From positions 1 to 53,687 of the forward strand of contig JBHPMS010000003.1 in NCBI GenBank assembly GCA_042563095.1: a stretch of 53,687 bases of DNA, read 5' to 3'. The stretch comes from Candidatus Margulisiibacteriota bacterium. GTDB lineage: Bacteria > Margulisbacteria > WOR-1 > XYC2-FULL-46-14. Of this stretch, positions 18,161 through 26,627 are shown piece by piece; within the stretch, counting starts at the first letter, position 1, and every line of letters starts with the position of its first letter. A program made the translations under genes and the position numbers. The notes beneath the pieces are model-generated. The model was not told where the DNA came from, did not search any database, and was given only the letters and a program-made list of their open reading frames with translations.

Positions 18161-19407
18161 TATAAGTCCTCCTTATCAATATCATCTTCGCTTAAAATAT
18201 CTTCTTCAAATTGTTCTTCTCCCTCCTCTGCCTCAGCCTCTTCCTCTGTCATTTCGTCACTTTCTTCTTCTGCAAATTCTTGATCATCTGATTCTGAATA
18301 TTCTTCTTCCGTATATTCTTCCTCCGTATATTCTTCCTCAAACTCTTCTTCCGGTTTAACCGGCTCTTCCTCTGCTGGTGCTGGTTCAACTTCTGCTTCA
18401 GTTTCAATAGTTGGCGGGGCAATCTTAACATCAGGAGTGCCCTGATAATCTTTTTCTACACTAATGATTTTGATGGCAACCTTTTCATTTGCAATTCCAG
18501 GCTGGCCTAAAATAATCCGGCGGTCTCCTAATAATATGGGCAGGGCAGAATAGAGGGATTGGTCAAGAGAAATTACATCCCCAATTTCTATGGAATTAAG
18601 GTCACTGGCATTGATCTGTGTTTTCCCTAAAATAATATTTAGCTGGTGTTGGACGGCCCCCAGCAAGCCTTTTGGTAATTTGTTTAATTTTAGCTGGCCG
18701 GTCTTTTTGCTCTGGTTTGTATTTTTCAAGATTGATTTAACTAATTTCCCGGAGTAACCAATAATTATTTTTCCATAACTCTGATTTAGTGTTCCTTCGA
18801 TTACAAAATAAATAAATGAACTATTTGCAGGGATACTGTGCCGGGCGGATAATTCGGACGAAGGGAAAACATTTATTTCTGTTTGTTCCAGCAAGTTGTT
18901 CTCAAAGATAGAGTTGAAAAGGGGCAAATATTTTGAGAGAGTTGTTTCAAAGATTGCATTTTCTGTTTCGGTGGGGGTCTGGCCCGAAAGTGCAGCATCA
19001 GCCCCTCCCAAAGCAGAATTAACGATACTTTCAGTTAAAGGCAGGTCAAACGCTACTAACATTTTTTCATGGAAATTAAGCAGTTTTAATTTTGTTACCA
19101 GCATCGGGAGCGAATAAGTTTCGGTAAAGGTCCCATAGTTGCTCTGACAGGCATCAATCCGGTAAACTTCGCCGTGAGCCCCAAGATCTTTTTTAAGCGC
19201 TTCAAAAAATTTCTGGCCAAACCGGTAGTGTGAAAAATGGGCTTCCTCCAGTTCTTCTTTTGAGAGCCGGTCAAAACCATAAAGGCCTGATTTGACTCTC
19301 TTGATTAATGCACGGGCCGGTTTATAAGTGGTCCAATCCCCCAGGGCGGCAGCTAACTTCAGGCTCCTCTTTTGAGGGGCAAGGTCATTTTTTTTATTTT
19401 CTGGCAT
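18160..19407 (-). CDS. fliM: FliM-like motor switch protein with very acidic C-terminal tail
   Basis: FDRLSKEEL, CheC-like middle (SALGG), SpoA domain (IEIGDVISLD), then ~65 aa rich in E/D. Confidence 0.8.
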   Translation of the reverse strand: MPENKKNDLAPQKRSLKLAAALGDWTTYKPARALIKRVKSGLYGFDRLSKEELEEAHFSHYRFGQKFFEALKKDLGAHGEVYRIDACQSNYGTFTETYSLPMLVTKLKLLNFHEKMLVAFDLPLTESIVNSALGGADAALSGQTPTETENAIFETTLSKYLPLFNSIFENNLLEQTEINVFPSSELSARHSIPANSSFIYFVIEGTLNQSYGKIIIGYSGKLVKSILKNTNQSKKTGQLKLNKLPKGLLGAVQHQLNIILGKTQINASDLNSIEIGDVISLDQSLYSALPILLGDRRIILGQPGIANEKVAIKIISVEKDYQGTPDVKIAPPTIETEAEVEPAPAEEEPVKPEEEFEEEYTEEEYTEEEYSESDDQEFAEEESDEMTEEEAEAEEGEEQFEEDILSEDDIDKEDL

Positions 19408-19416
19408 TTACTTTTT

Positions 19417-20217
19417 TTATCCGAGCTTGGTTATAAAATTATTTATGATATCAGATGCCATCCTGACAACCGACAAGTTTCCGCTAAGGGCTCTCTGGAT
19501 CTCCAGCGAATCAATTGTTTCACCTAGATAAAAAACATTGGATTGTTCGAGGCTGCCACCAGTAACGCTTCCAGCCGAACTCCCGGAGCCCACTGGTGAA
19601 CTTGGTGTTCCTGACGCAAGTGTTTCAATAAAAGTTGTGCCGTCTCCCTGGGCTAATCCTTGCGGATTCGTGAAATAAGTTAAGGCAATTGAGTAAACGG
19701 TATCAGCGCTGTTGTATTGAAGAACTCCTGCAGTTGTCCAGCTATAATTATTTGCGTCTGGATTTAGACCGGATATTGGAACCAAACTACCAGCAGAATT
19801 AAATCCGTATACTTGATGTCCAGCGGCGGTCACCAGATTCCCATTATTAATCGAAAAATCTCCAGCCCTGGTGTAGCGATAAGTGCTTCCTCCATCAGGA
19901 GAAACAATAAACAGTCCATTTCCGGTTATTGCCAGGTCAATATCGGATCCGGCAACAAAACTACCCTGCGAAAAATCAATTCCTACTTCTGCAACTGCAG
20001 CTCCACCGCCATATTGGGTTGGATTGGTCCCACCCAGGTTTGAAAAAGCATCGGCTGCGGTTCCGCTGTTGATTAATTTGTTGAAGATGGATTCAAAAGA
20101 GATGTCCAGCCTTTTATATCCGTTAACTGACATATTTGCAATATTAGCTGAATTAATTGAAAGTGCAGAATTATATGCCTGGATGGTGTCTTTAGCCTGG
20201 TTCATTATATCGAACAT
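19417..20217 (-). CDS. Flagellar hook/rod protein (short FlgE/FlgG-like, 266 aa)
   Basis: ANIANMSVNGYK N-terminal motif, DLAITGNGLF, YTRAGDF, GSLEQSNV C-terminal motif. Confidence 0.85.
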   Translation of the reverse strand: MFDIMNQAKDTIQAYNSALSINSANIANMSVNGYKRLDISFESIFNKLINSGTAADAFSNLGGTNPTQYGGGAAVAEVGIDFSQGSFVAGSDIDLAITGNGLFIVSPDGGSTYRYTRAGDFSINNGNLVTAAGHQVYGFNSAGSLVPISGLNPDANNYSWTTAGVLQYNSADTVYSIALTYFTNPQGLAQGDGTTFIETLASGTPSSPVGSGSSAGSVTGGSLEQSNVFYLGETIDSLEIQRALSGNLSVVRMASDIINNFITKLG

Positions 20218-20890
20218 CTTTTTTTACCTCCGTAATCTTTATGTTTTGAATCTCAATATTTGCATGCTGTAACGCTAATATTAATTCGCTAACCTTGTCT
20301 TCTAATAATTTTTTCGCTTCGGGATTTGCTCCGATTTCGATCAAGACCTGTCCATTTTTAACCGCCAGATCTAAAAACAGATTTCCCAGCTCTTTTTGTG
20401 AAAGTGAAAGTGATAATTTAGTTTTCTGGCTGGACCTGACCAGCTTAGCCTGTTTGACGATCTCGTTTATTAAGTTTTGAAGGTCAACTCTTGAGACCAT
20501 TGGTTGATTGGTCATGTTCATGGCAGACAGGCTGAATGGTGAGATGGGAGATGGGAGATGGGAGATGGGAATATTCTTAGTTAACACTTCCTTTAAAGTG
20601 TCTGTATTGCTATTTTCATACTGTTCGTTTTCGATCTGTTTTTCTGGTTTTTTATCATTAACATTCACCTGGGCTTGGTTATTGTTTAAAGGTTCTTCTG
20701 TATATGGTGTTTTATCTTCAATTGGCGTAGTGGGAAAGTTAAAATCGAATTCAAGCTTTGCAAAATCAAACATTCTTTCGATCTCTGCCTGCAACTTGCC
20801 TTCAAAAGTGCCGTCAGCACGATTTTGACTGCTTTCATTTGGCAGTGCAGTATTATTTATGCGGCCAGTTGTAATTTGTGCTGCAGACAT
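20192..20890 (-). CDS. FliK-like hook-length control protein
   Basis: C-terminal LSLSQKELGNLFLDLAVKNGQVLIEI...LILALQHANIEI resembles the FliK T3S4 domain; upstream of the hook gene. Confidence 0.6.
   Translation of the reverse strand: MSAAQITTGRINNTALPNESSQNRADGTFEGKLQAEIERMFDFAKLEFDFNFPTTPIEDKTPYTEEPLNNNQAQVNVNDKKPEKQIENEQYENSNTDTLKEVLTKNIPISHLPSPISPFSLSAMNMTNQPMVSRVDLQNLINEIVKQAKLVRSSQKTKLSLSLSQKELGNLFLDLAVKNGQVLIEIGANPEAKKLLEDKVSELILALQHANIEIQNIKITEVKKDVRYNEPG
20541..20570. repeat. Heptamer tandem repeat (GAGATGG)x4+GA inside the fliK-like gene
   Basis: Read directly. Confidence 0.95.
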
Positions 20891-20956
20891 TTTTCCCCTT
20901 ACATAATATATTATCGATATTATACATCAATATCTTGCGTAATCAAGAGGGGAAAT

Positions 20957-21038
20957 TGCCGCGGGAGGGATTTGAACCCACACAGTTTTACCTATACGCT
21001 CCTTAAGCGTACGTGTCTGCCAGTTCCACCACCGCGGC
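20957..21038 (-). tRNA. tRNA-Leu, anticodon AAG
   Basis: Acceptor stem GCCGCGG/CCGCGGC plus discriminator A; D-arm GGAACTGGCAGAC; anticodon arm TACGC-TTAAGGA-GCGTA; long variable arm; GGTTCAAATCC T-arm. CCA not encoded. Confidence 0.9.
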
Positions 21039-22097
21039 ATGAAGAGTTTCCATTTTCATCGAGCGGGAGCCTTTCAATAAAATTATATCACCTGAGCGGA
21101 TGGTTGTCTTCAGTTTAGCCAAAAGTTTTGACTTATCTTTGAAAGCTTTTCCAGGCCATTGATTTCCTAAAGTAAAGACTAAATCAATTTTTTTTCTCTT
21201 TGCAAAATCAATGACTTCTTTGTGTTTTGCCTTTGACTTTTTACCTAACTCTAACATATCCCCAAGCACCGCAATCGTCCTGTGTTCAGTGTTCAGTGCT
21301 CTGAGCTCAGTGATCGTTTCCATTGCAGCCCGCATCGATTGCGGATTGGCATTGTAAGTATCATTAATAATTGTAATCCCATGCTTTTTGATAATATCCA
21401 TCCGTTTACTGGAAGGTTTAAATTTTTCCAATCCTCTTTTCATTTTCTTTTTAGAAATTCCTAAACTCTTAGCAGCCGCAATTGCGAAAAGTGCGTTTTC
21501 CTCGTTGTGTTTTCCGGGGAGCGGAAGCTTAATTCCCTTAAGTTCTTTTTTTGCTGCCGGTTTTATCTTTTTGGCCCCAAATTTTAAAATTTTATTTTTT
21601 TCTCGCGCTGTATTCTTTTTACTCCTAAAATACTTCAGATGCGCATCGCCGATATTGGTTACAATGGCATGGGTTGGACGGACAATTTTTACTAACTCAT
21701 CCATGTCACCCGGGCGTTGAACCGCCATCTCAATAACGGCTGCTTTATGTTTCTTTTTTATTTCCAAAAGAGTAAGCGGAACACCAATCTCGTTGTTAAA
21801 GTTCTCATTGTTTTTAAGGGTGGGGTAGGCTTCGTTTAAAATCGAAGCGAGCATATCTTTAGTGGTTGTTTTTCCAGAGCTTCCGGTGATGCCAATAATT
21901 GGGATATCGAATTTTAATCTGTGTTTGTGTGCGATTTCCTGAAGAGCTTTCTTCCCATTTTTTACCTTTAAAACTCTAGCGCCTTTCTTCAATGCATCTT
22001 TTGTAAAATCATGCCCGTCAAAGTTAGGGCCTTTTATCGGAATAAAAAGGTCGCCTTTTTTGATGGTCCGGGTGTCAATTGATATTCTATTTGACAT
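21003..22097 (-). CDS. murF: UDP-MurNAc-tripeptide:D-Ala-D-Ala ligase (compact form)
   Basis: ITGSSGKTTTK, NFNNEIGVP, INDTYNANP, LGDMLELG, KGSR. Confidence 0.93.
   Translation of the reverse strand: MSNRISIDTRTIKKGDLFIPIKGPNFDGHDFTKDALKKGARVLKVKNGKKALQEIAHKHRLKFDIPIIGITGSSGKTTTKDMLASILNEAYPTLKNNENFNNEIGVPLTLLEIKKKHKAAVIEMAVQRPGDMDELVKIVRPTHAIVTNIGDAHLKYFRSKKNTAREKNKILKFGAKKIKPAAKKELKGIKLPLPGKHNEENALFAIAAAKSLGISKKKMKRGLEKFKPSSKRMDIIKKHGITIINDTYNANPQSMRAAMETITELRALNTEHRTIAVLGDMLELGKKSKAKHKEVIDFAKRKKIDLVFTLGNQWPGKAFKDKSKLLAKLKTTIRSGDIILLKGSRSMKMETLHAAVVELADTYA
21281..21315. repeat. Five degenerate heptamers in murF
   Basis: TGTGTTC AGTGTTC AGTGCTC TGAGCTC AGTGATC; encodes ITELRALNTEHR. Confidence 0.8.
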
Positions 22098-23331
22098 CCG
22101 CTGAATCTAAAAATGCCTTATTAGTCTTAAATTCTTTCATTCGGTTTATCAACTGCTCGGTTGCGTCATGTGCATCGTAATCACCCATGATTTTTCTGAG
22201 CAACCTGGTTTTGCCAAGCTCCTGTTCAGTTAATAACAGTTCTTCTTTTCTGGTGCCGGACATCTTAATATCAATTGCCGGGAAAATCCTGGAATCGGCC
22301 AGTTTCCGGTTTAAATGCAGTTCCATATTGCCGGTCCCTTTGAACTCTTCATAAATAATGTCATCCATGCGTGATCCGGTCTCAACCAGGGCGGTTGCGA
22401 TAATTGTCAAGCTTCCGCCTTCTTCGATATTCCTGGCTGCTCCGAAAAATCTTTTTGGACGGTGTAAACAGGTCGGGTCTAATCCGCCAGAAAGAGTTCT
22501 CCCGGATGGGGGAGTGACCAGATTGTAAGCGCGTGCCAGGCGGGTGATTGAGTCTAACAGAACCACAACGTCCTTTTTAGTCTCAACTAATCTTTTTGCT
22601 GATTCAATTAATAATTCAGAAACGTGGATATGTGCTTCTGGTGGGGCATCAAAAGTTGATGCTACAACTTCACCATTAACTGAACGCTGCATATCGGTTA
22701 CTTCTTCCGGCCTTTCATCTACCAGCAGGACTTTGATGATCACATCGGGGAAGTTAGTTGCGATACTATTGGCAATGTTTTTTAGAATAGTTGTTTTTCC
22801 AGCTTTTGGCGGAGAAACAATCATCGCCCTTTGTCCGTTGCCGATGGGTGATAAAAGATCGATCAAGCGCGAAGCCATCGGGCATTTTGGATGTTCCAGC
22901 TTATATCTAATATCCGGAAAAACTGGCGTTAATCTTTCATAATAACTTCGGTCACGGATTATTTCGGGATCGGCGTTGTTGATCGCTTCAATTTTTAAGA
23001 GTGAATAATATTTTTCACCATCTTTTGGTGGGCGGATCTGTCCGGAGACAAAATCACCATTTTGCATGTTAAAACGCCTGATCTGGGTTTGTGAAACATA
23101 AATGTCATCACGCGAGGGGAGGTAACCGTTGGTTCTTAAAAAGCCATAGCCCTCAGGTAATATTTCTAACACACCTTTGGCAAAAATGTTCCCATTCTGC
23201 TTGGTTTTTCCCTCCAGAATTTTAAAGACCAGATCATGCTTTTTGAGCTGCTTGTAATTTTCCAGCCCCATCTTTTTTGAGATATCATACAACTCCGTCA
23301 AATTTTTACCTTCTAACTCAACTATATCCAT
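22087..23331 (-). CDS. rho: Transcription termination factor Rho
   Basis: GVLEILPEGYGFLR, PPKAGKT, DERPEEVTDM, EEFKGTGNME. Start set at ATG 23331 behind AAGGAGG; the ORF-track start runs into a tRNA. Confidence 0.97.
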   Translation of the reverse strand: MDIVELEGKNLTELYDISKKMGLENYKQLKKHDLVFKILEGKTKQNGNIFAKGVLEILPEGYGFLRTNGYLPSRDDIYVSQTQIRRFNMQNGDFVSGQIRPPKDGEKYYSLLKIEAINNADPEIIRDRSYYERLTPVFPDIRYKLEHPKCPMASRLIDLLSPIGNGQRAMIVSPPKAGKTTILKNIANSIATNFPDVIIKVLLVDERPEEVTDMQRSVNGEVVASTFDAPPEAHIHVSELLIESAKRLVETKKDVVVLLDSITRLARAYNLVTPPSGRTLSGGLDPTCLHRPKRFFGAARNIEEGGSLTIIATALVETGSRMDDIIYEEFKGTGNMELHLNRKLADSRIFPAIDIKMSGTRKEELLLTEQELGKTRLLRKIMGDYDAHDATEQLINRMKEFKTNKAFLDSADVK

Positions 23332-23353
23332 TGAAACCTCCTTTTTTGGGTAC

Positions 23354-23435
23354 TGCCCAGGAGAGGATTTGAACCTCCACGGTGTTATCCACACGAACCT
23401 GAATCGTGCGCGTCTGCCAGTTCCGCCACCTGGGC
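23354..23435 (-). tRNA. tRNA-Leu, anticodon CAG
   Basis: GCCCAGG/CCTGGGC acceptor stem; CACGA-TTCAGGT-TCGTG anticodon arm. Confidence 0.95.
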
Positions 23436-23445
23436 GTATTTTTCA

Positions 23446-23529
23446 TGCCGCTGGTCGGATTTGAACCGACATGAGGGTAAACCTCATTCGCTTTTGAGGC
23501 GAACGCGTCTGCCATTCCGCCACAGCGGC
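23446..23529 (-). tRNA. tRNA-Leu, anticodon CAA
   Basis: GCCGCTG/CAGCGGC acceptor stem; TTCGC-CTCAAAA-GCGAA anticodon arm. Confidence 0.95.
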
Positions 23530-23532
23530 AGT

Positions 23533-24555
23533 TTAAACTTCTCTGAAGAATCCCATGTTACGGTATTTGCGGTAGCGATCCGCAATCAACTCGCGGGATG
23601 AAAAAACAAACAATTCTTCTAAATTTTTCTTAATGGCAATTCCAATATAATCAGCAGTTTCTTTGTAATTATTGTGTGCTCCGCCAACCGGTTCTTTTAT
23701 AACTTCATCAACAACATGAAGTTCTAAAAGATCTTTGGAAGTGATTTTTGAAGTTTCTGCAGCTAAGGGTGCTTTTTTAGCATCGCGGAACAAAATTGAA
23801 GCACATCCCTCTGGTGAAATAACCGAATAGATAGCGAACTCGAGCATTAAAACCCGATTTCCCATGCCAATCCCAAGTGCTCCGCCTGAACCGCCTTCTC
23901 CTGTAATGATGGCAATAAATGGAACAGTGAGTGAAGCCATACTTCTCAGGTTTTTTGCAATTGCTTCGGCCTGTCCGCGTTCTTCTGCCCCCAATCCAGG
24001 GAAAGCTCCGGGGGTATCAATAAAAGAAACAATGGGGATATTGAATCTTTCAGCCATGCGCATTAACCTTAAGGCTTTGCGATAACCTTCTGGATGGGCC
24101 ATCCCAAAATTGCGGGAAATATTTTCTTTTGTGGTTGTTCCCTTCTGATGTCCCATTACCATTACCGGGCAATTAAAAGTGTGGTCTCCTAATGGGTGCG
24201 ATTTTGTAATACCGGATAGGGTAGCCAGGCCGCCGATCAGGGCAGGGTCGTTGCTAAAATTTCGGTCGCCGCGTAATTCGATAAAGTCTTTAAAGATCAA
24301 TTTTATTAAATCAATGGTGGTGGGCCGCCTGATATGCCTGGAAACTTGCACGATCTGGATTGGTGTGAGCTTAGAAAAGATATTATGCTGTAAGGTCTTG
24401 ATCCGTTTCTCGAGCATATGAATTTCTTCAGTCATATCAATATTCCCTTCTTTAGAACTATTTTTAAGATCTTCAATCTTTTGAAAAAGCTCTAAGAGTG
24501 GTTTTTCAAATTCTAAGAGTTGTTTTTTATTAGTGGTGTGGGATGATTTTTGCAT
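23533..24555 (-). CDS. accA: Acetyl-CoA carboxylase carboxyltransferase alpha
   Basis: LLEFEKPL, RNFGMAHPEGYRKALR, IDTPGAFPG, YSVISPEGCASIL. Confidence 0.97.
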   Translation of the reverse strand: MQKSSHTTNKKQLLEFEKPLLELFQKIEDLKNSSKEGNIDMTEEIHMLEKRIKTLQHNIFSKLTPIQIVQVSRHIRRPTTIDLIKLIFKDFIELRGDRNFSNDPALIGGLATLSGITKSHPLGDHTFNCPVMVMGHQKGTTTKENISRNFGMAHPEGYRKALRLMRMAERFNIPIVSFIDTPGAFPGLGAEERGQAEAIAKNLRSMASLTVPFIAIITGEGGSGGALGIGMGNRVLMLEFAIYSVISPEGCASILFRDAKKAPLAAETSKITSKDLLELHVVDEVIKEPVGGAHNNYKETADYIGIAIKKNLEELFVFSSRELIADRYRKYRNMGFFREV

Positions 24556-25417
24556 TGCTAAATACCTTTAATATTTTCACCAGTAAATTTCTGAGCTCGA
24601 GCCGTCCAGAAACAATATCGATCATGCCATGCTGTTCTAAAAACTCAGCCCGTTGGAATCCGGCCGGTAATTTTTGGCGGATAGTTTGTTCAATTACCCG
24701 TGGTCCGGCAAAGCAGATTAATGCTCCCGGTTCGGCAATCGTAATATCTCCCAGCATGGCAAAACTGGCAGTGGTTCCACCGGTGGTGGGATCAGTCAGG
24801 ATAGATATATACGGAAGCGAAGCTTCACGTAACCGATTTAAAGCAGCAGAGGTTTTTGCCATTTGCATAAGAGACATAATTCCTTCTTGCATCCTTGCCC
24901 CACCGGAGGACGAAAAGATAATTACCGGGTATTTTTTTTCTAAGCAAAGTTCAATTATTCTGGTTATCTTTTCTCCCACCACCGAACCCATGCTCCCTCC
25001 CATAAATGAGAAATCCATTATCCCAAGACCACAATCCTGCTCACCAATTTTTGCGGTACCAATGGTGACTGCTTCATTAAGGCCCGATTTTTCTTCACTT
25101 CTTTTCAGTCTCTGTGAATAAGCTTGTGAATCAACAAAGTTTAAAAAGTCTTTTGATTTTAGGTTGGGGGATAGTTCTTTGAAAGTGCCGGCATCAGTAA
25201 CCTGGTCAATCCTTTCAGCGGCACTTAATTTAAAGTGATATCCACATTTTGGACAGACCTTTAAATTCTTTTCCAAATCTTTACTAAAAAGAGCTTCGTG
25301 GCATTTGTAACATTTTATCCAGAGGTTTCCAGGAATATCAAGCCGTTCACTTTTATATCCGTTTTCCTGTCCCTCTTTTTTCTTTTGGAACCACTCGGGT
25401 AATGATATTTTTGGCAT
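24530..25417 (-). CDS. accD: Acetyl-CoA carboxylase carboxyltransferase beta
   Basis: LWIKCYKC...CPKC Zn finger, GGSMGSVVGEK, SGGARMQEG, FAGPRVIEQT. Confidence 0.97.
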   Translation of the reverse strand: MPKISLPEWFQKKKEGQENGYKSERLDIPGNLWIKCYKCHEALFSKDLEKNLKVCPKCGYHFKLSAAERIDQVTDAGTFKELSPNLKSKDFLNFVDSQAYSQRLKRSEEKSGLNEAVTIGTAKIGEQDCGLGIMDFSFMGGSMGSVVGEKITRIIELCLEKKYPVIIFSSSGGARMQEGIMSLMQMAKTSAALNRLREASLPYISILTDPTTGGTTASFAMLGDITIAEPGALICFAGPRVIEQTIRQKLPAGFQRAEFLEQHGMIDIVSGRLELRNLLVKILKVFSNAKIIPHH

Positions 25418-25444
25418 TTTACAAAATTGTGTGGTAAGCGTTGG

Positions 25445-25473
25445 TTGTCATGAAAATTTTGATCTGTTATAAT
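25445..25473 (+). promoter_or_regulatory. Sigma70 promoter for rpsT-ispE
   Basis: TTGTCA-17 bp-TATAAT. Confidence 0.75.
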
Positions 25474-25474
25474 T

Positions 25475-25503
25475 AGTATATTCAAATATAGAAGATTTGT
25501 CAA
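25475..25503 (-). promoter_or_regulatory. Sigma70 promoter for the accD-led operon
   Basis: TTGACA-17 bp-TATACT on the minus strand. Confidence 0.8.
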
Positions 25504-25521
25504 GCATCTTAAGGAGGATAC

Positions 25522-25782
25522 ATGGCTAATATTAAATCTGCGAAGAAAAGGATTCAGATAGAGAAGAGAAACCGGAAAAGGAATTCGATCTATAAGAACA
25601 GGGTAAAAAAACTGGTAAAAAATGCTAAAGTCGCGATAAAAAAAGGTTCTGAAGATAAAAAAGAACAGGTCCGGCAGGCTATTAAATGGATTGATAAAGC
25701 TGCCTTAAAAGGGATTATTAAAAAAAGCGCTGGAGCCCGCAAGAAATCCCGCTTAATGAAATTGTTGAATAAAGCAAAATGA
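25522..25782 (+). CDS. rpsT: 30S ribosomal protein S20
   Basis: MANIKSAKKRI...GARKKSRL. Confidence 0.97.
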   Translation: MANIKSAKKRIQIEKRNRKRNSIYKNRVKKLVKNAKVAIKKGSEDKKEQVRQAIKWIDKAALKGIIKKSAGARKKSRLMKLLNKAK

Positions 25783-26627
25783 TAGAGCTGCAAGCTTTTG
25801 CTAAGATTAACCTTTGCTTACAGGTAATTGGCAAGAGAGAAGATGGTTACCACGAGATTGACTCCATTATGCAATCGATTTCTCTTTTTGACCGGATCAG
25901 GTTACTGGTTGACGAAGAGATAAAGGTTGTTAGTACTAATCCACAGGTACCAACCGATGAAAGAAACACCGCCCGTAAAGCAGCTGAAGTTTTTACCGAA
26001 AAAACTGGGATTGCCCGTGGAGTTAGGATTGAACTGGCTAAGATGATCCCGGTATCGGCTGGATTAGCTGGAGGATCGGCTGATGCAGCGGCGGTTTTGA
26101 TTGGAATGAATAAAATGTTTGGGACCAAGCTTTCGGAAGCTGAGCTGATGAGATTAGGAGAAGAGGTTGGATCAGATGTCCCGTTTTGTATTGCCGGTGG
26201 CACCGGTCGGGCACAGGGTAGAGGAGAATTAGTTTCTAAACTGGCAGCACTTCCAAAAAGCTGGTTTGTAGTTGTAACACCGCAACTTTTAGTTGCTACA
26301 ATGTGGGTTTACCAAAACTTTGACCGCTTTTGGGTAAAGGAAGAGCGCAAGGTTGGAGAGCATAAATCGATAGCTTCTATTCAGATGTTCAATGACCTTG
26401 AAAAAGTAGTTTTTTGGAAGCATAAGCAGGTTGAAAAGCTAAAGCAGCAATTAATACAGATGGGTTGTTTGCAAGCTTTGATGACCGGGTCGGGCCCGTC
26501 AGTTTTTGGATTAGTCCCCAACAAAAAGATCGGGGAGCAGATCTTTGAAGAAATCCGCCTCACTTACCCGCAAAGTTTTTTGGTTGAGAATGTCAAGTTT
26601 GGAATTACTATACTGCAAAATTACTGA
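25779..26627 (+). CDS. ispE: 4-diphosphocytidyl-2-C-methyl-D-erythritol kinase
   Basis: AKINLCL...DGYHEI, IPVSAGLAGGSADAAA, MTGSGPSVF. Confidence 0.96.
   Translation: MIELQAFAKINLCLQVIGKREDGYHEIDSIMQSISLFDRIRLLVDEEIKVVSTNPQVPTDERNTARKAAEVFTEKTGIARGVRIELAKMIPVSAGLAGGSADAAAVLIGMNKMFGTKLSEAELMRLGEEVGSDVPFCIAGGTGRAQGRGELVSKLAALPKSWFVVVTPQLLVATMWVYQNFDRFWVKEERKVGEHKSIASIQMFNDLEKVVFWKHKQVEKLKQQLIQMGCLQALMTGSGPSVFGLVPNKKIGEQIFEEIRLTYPQSFLVENVKFGITILQNY

Noticed and set aside
18295-18345. 15-bp repeats in fliM as a phase-variation tract
   Set aside because: Unit length is a multiple of three, so slippage only changes the length of the acidic tail.
12623-20890. Non-flagellar injectisome
   Set aside because: FliO, a FliM with CheC-like domain and a rod/hook-family gene are flagellar hallmarks.
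20995-21011. Reading the tRNA anticodon as TAA
   Set aside because: That register breaks the stem; only TACGC/GCGTA pairs fully, which centres AAG.
23318-23515. ORF-track 65-aa ORF and the N-terminal extension of Rho to 23394
   Set aside because: Both are read through tRNA-Leu genes; Rho has a clear RBS before ATG 23331.
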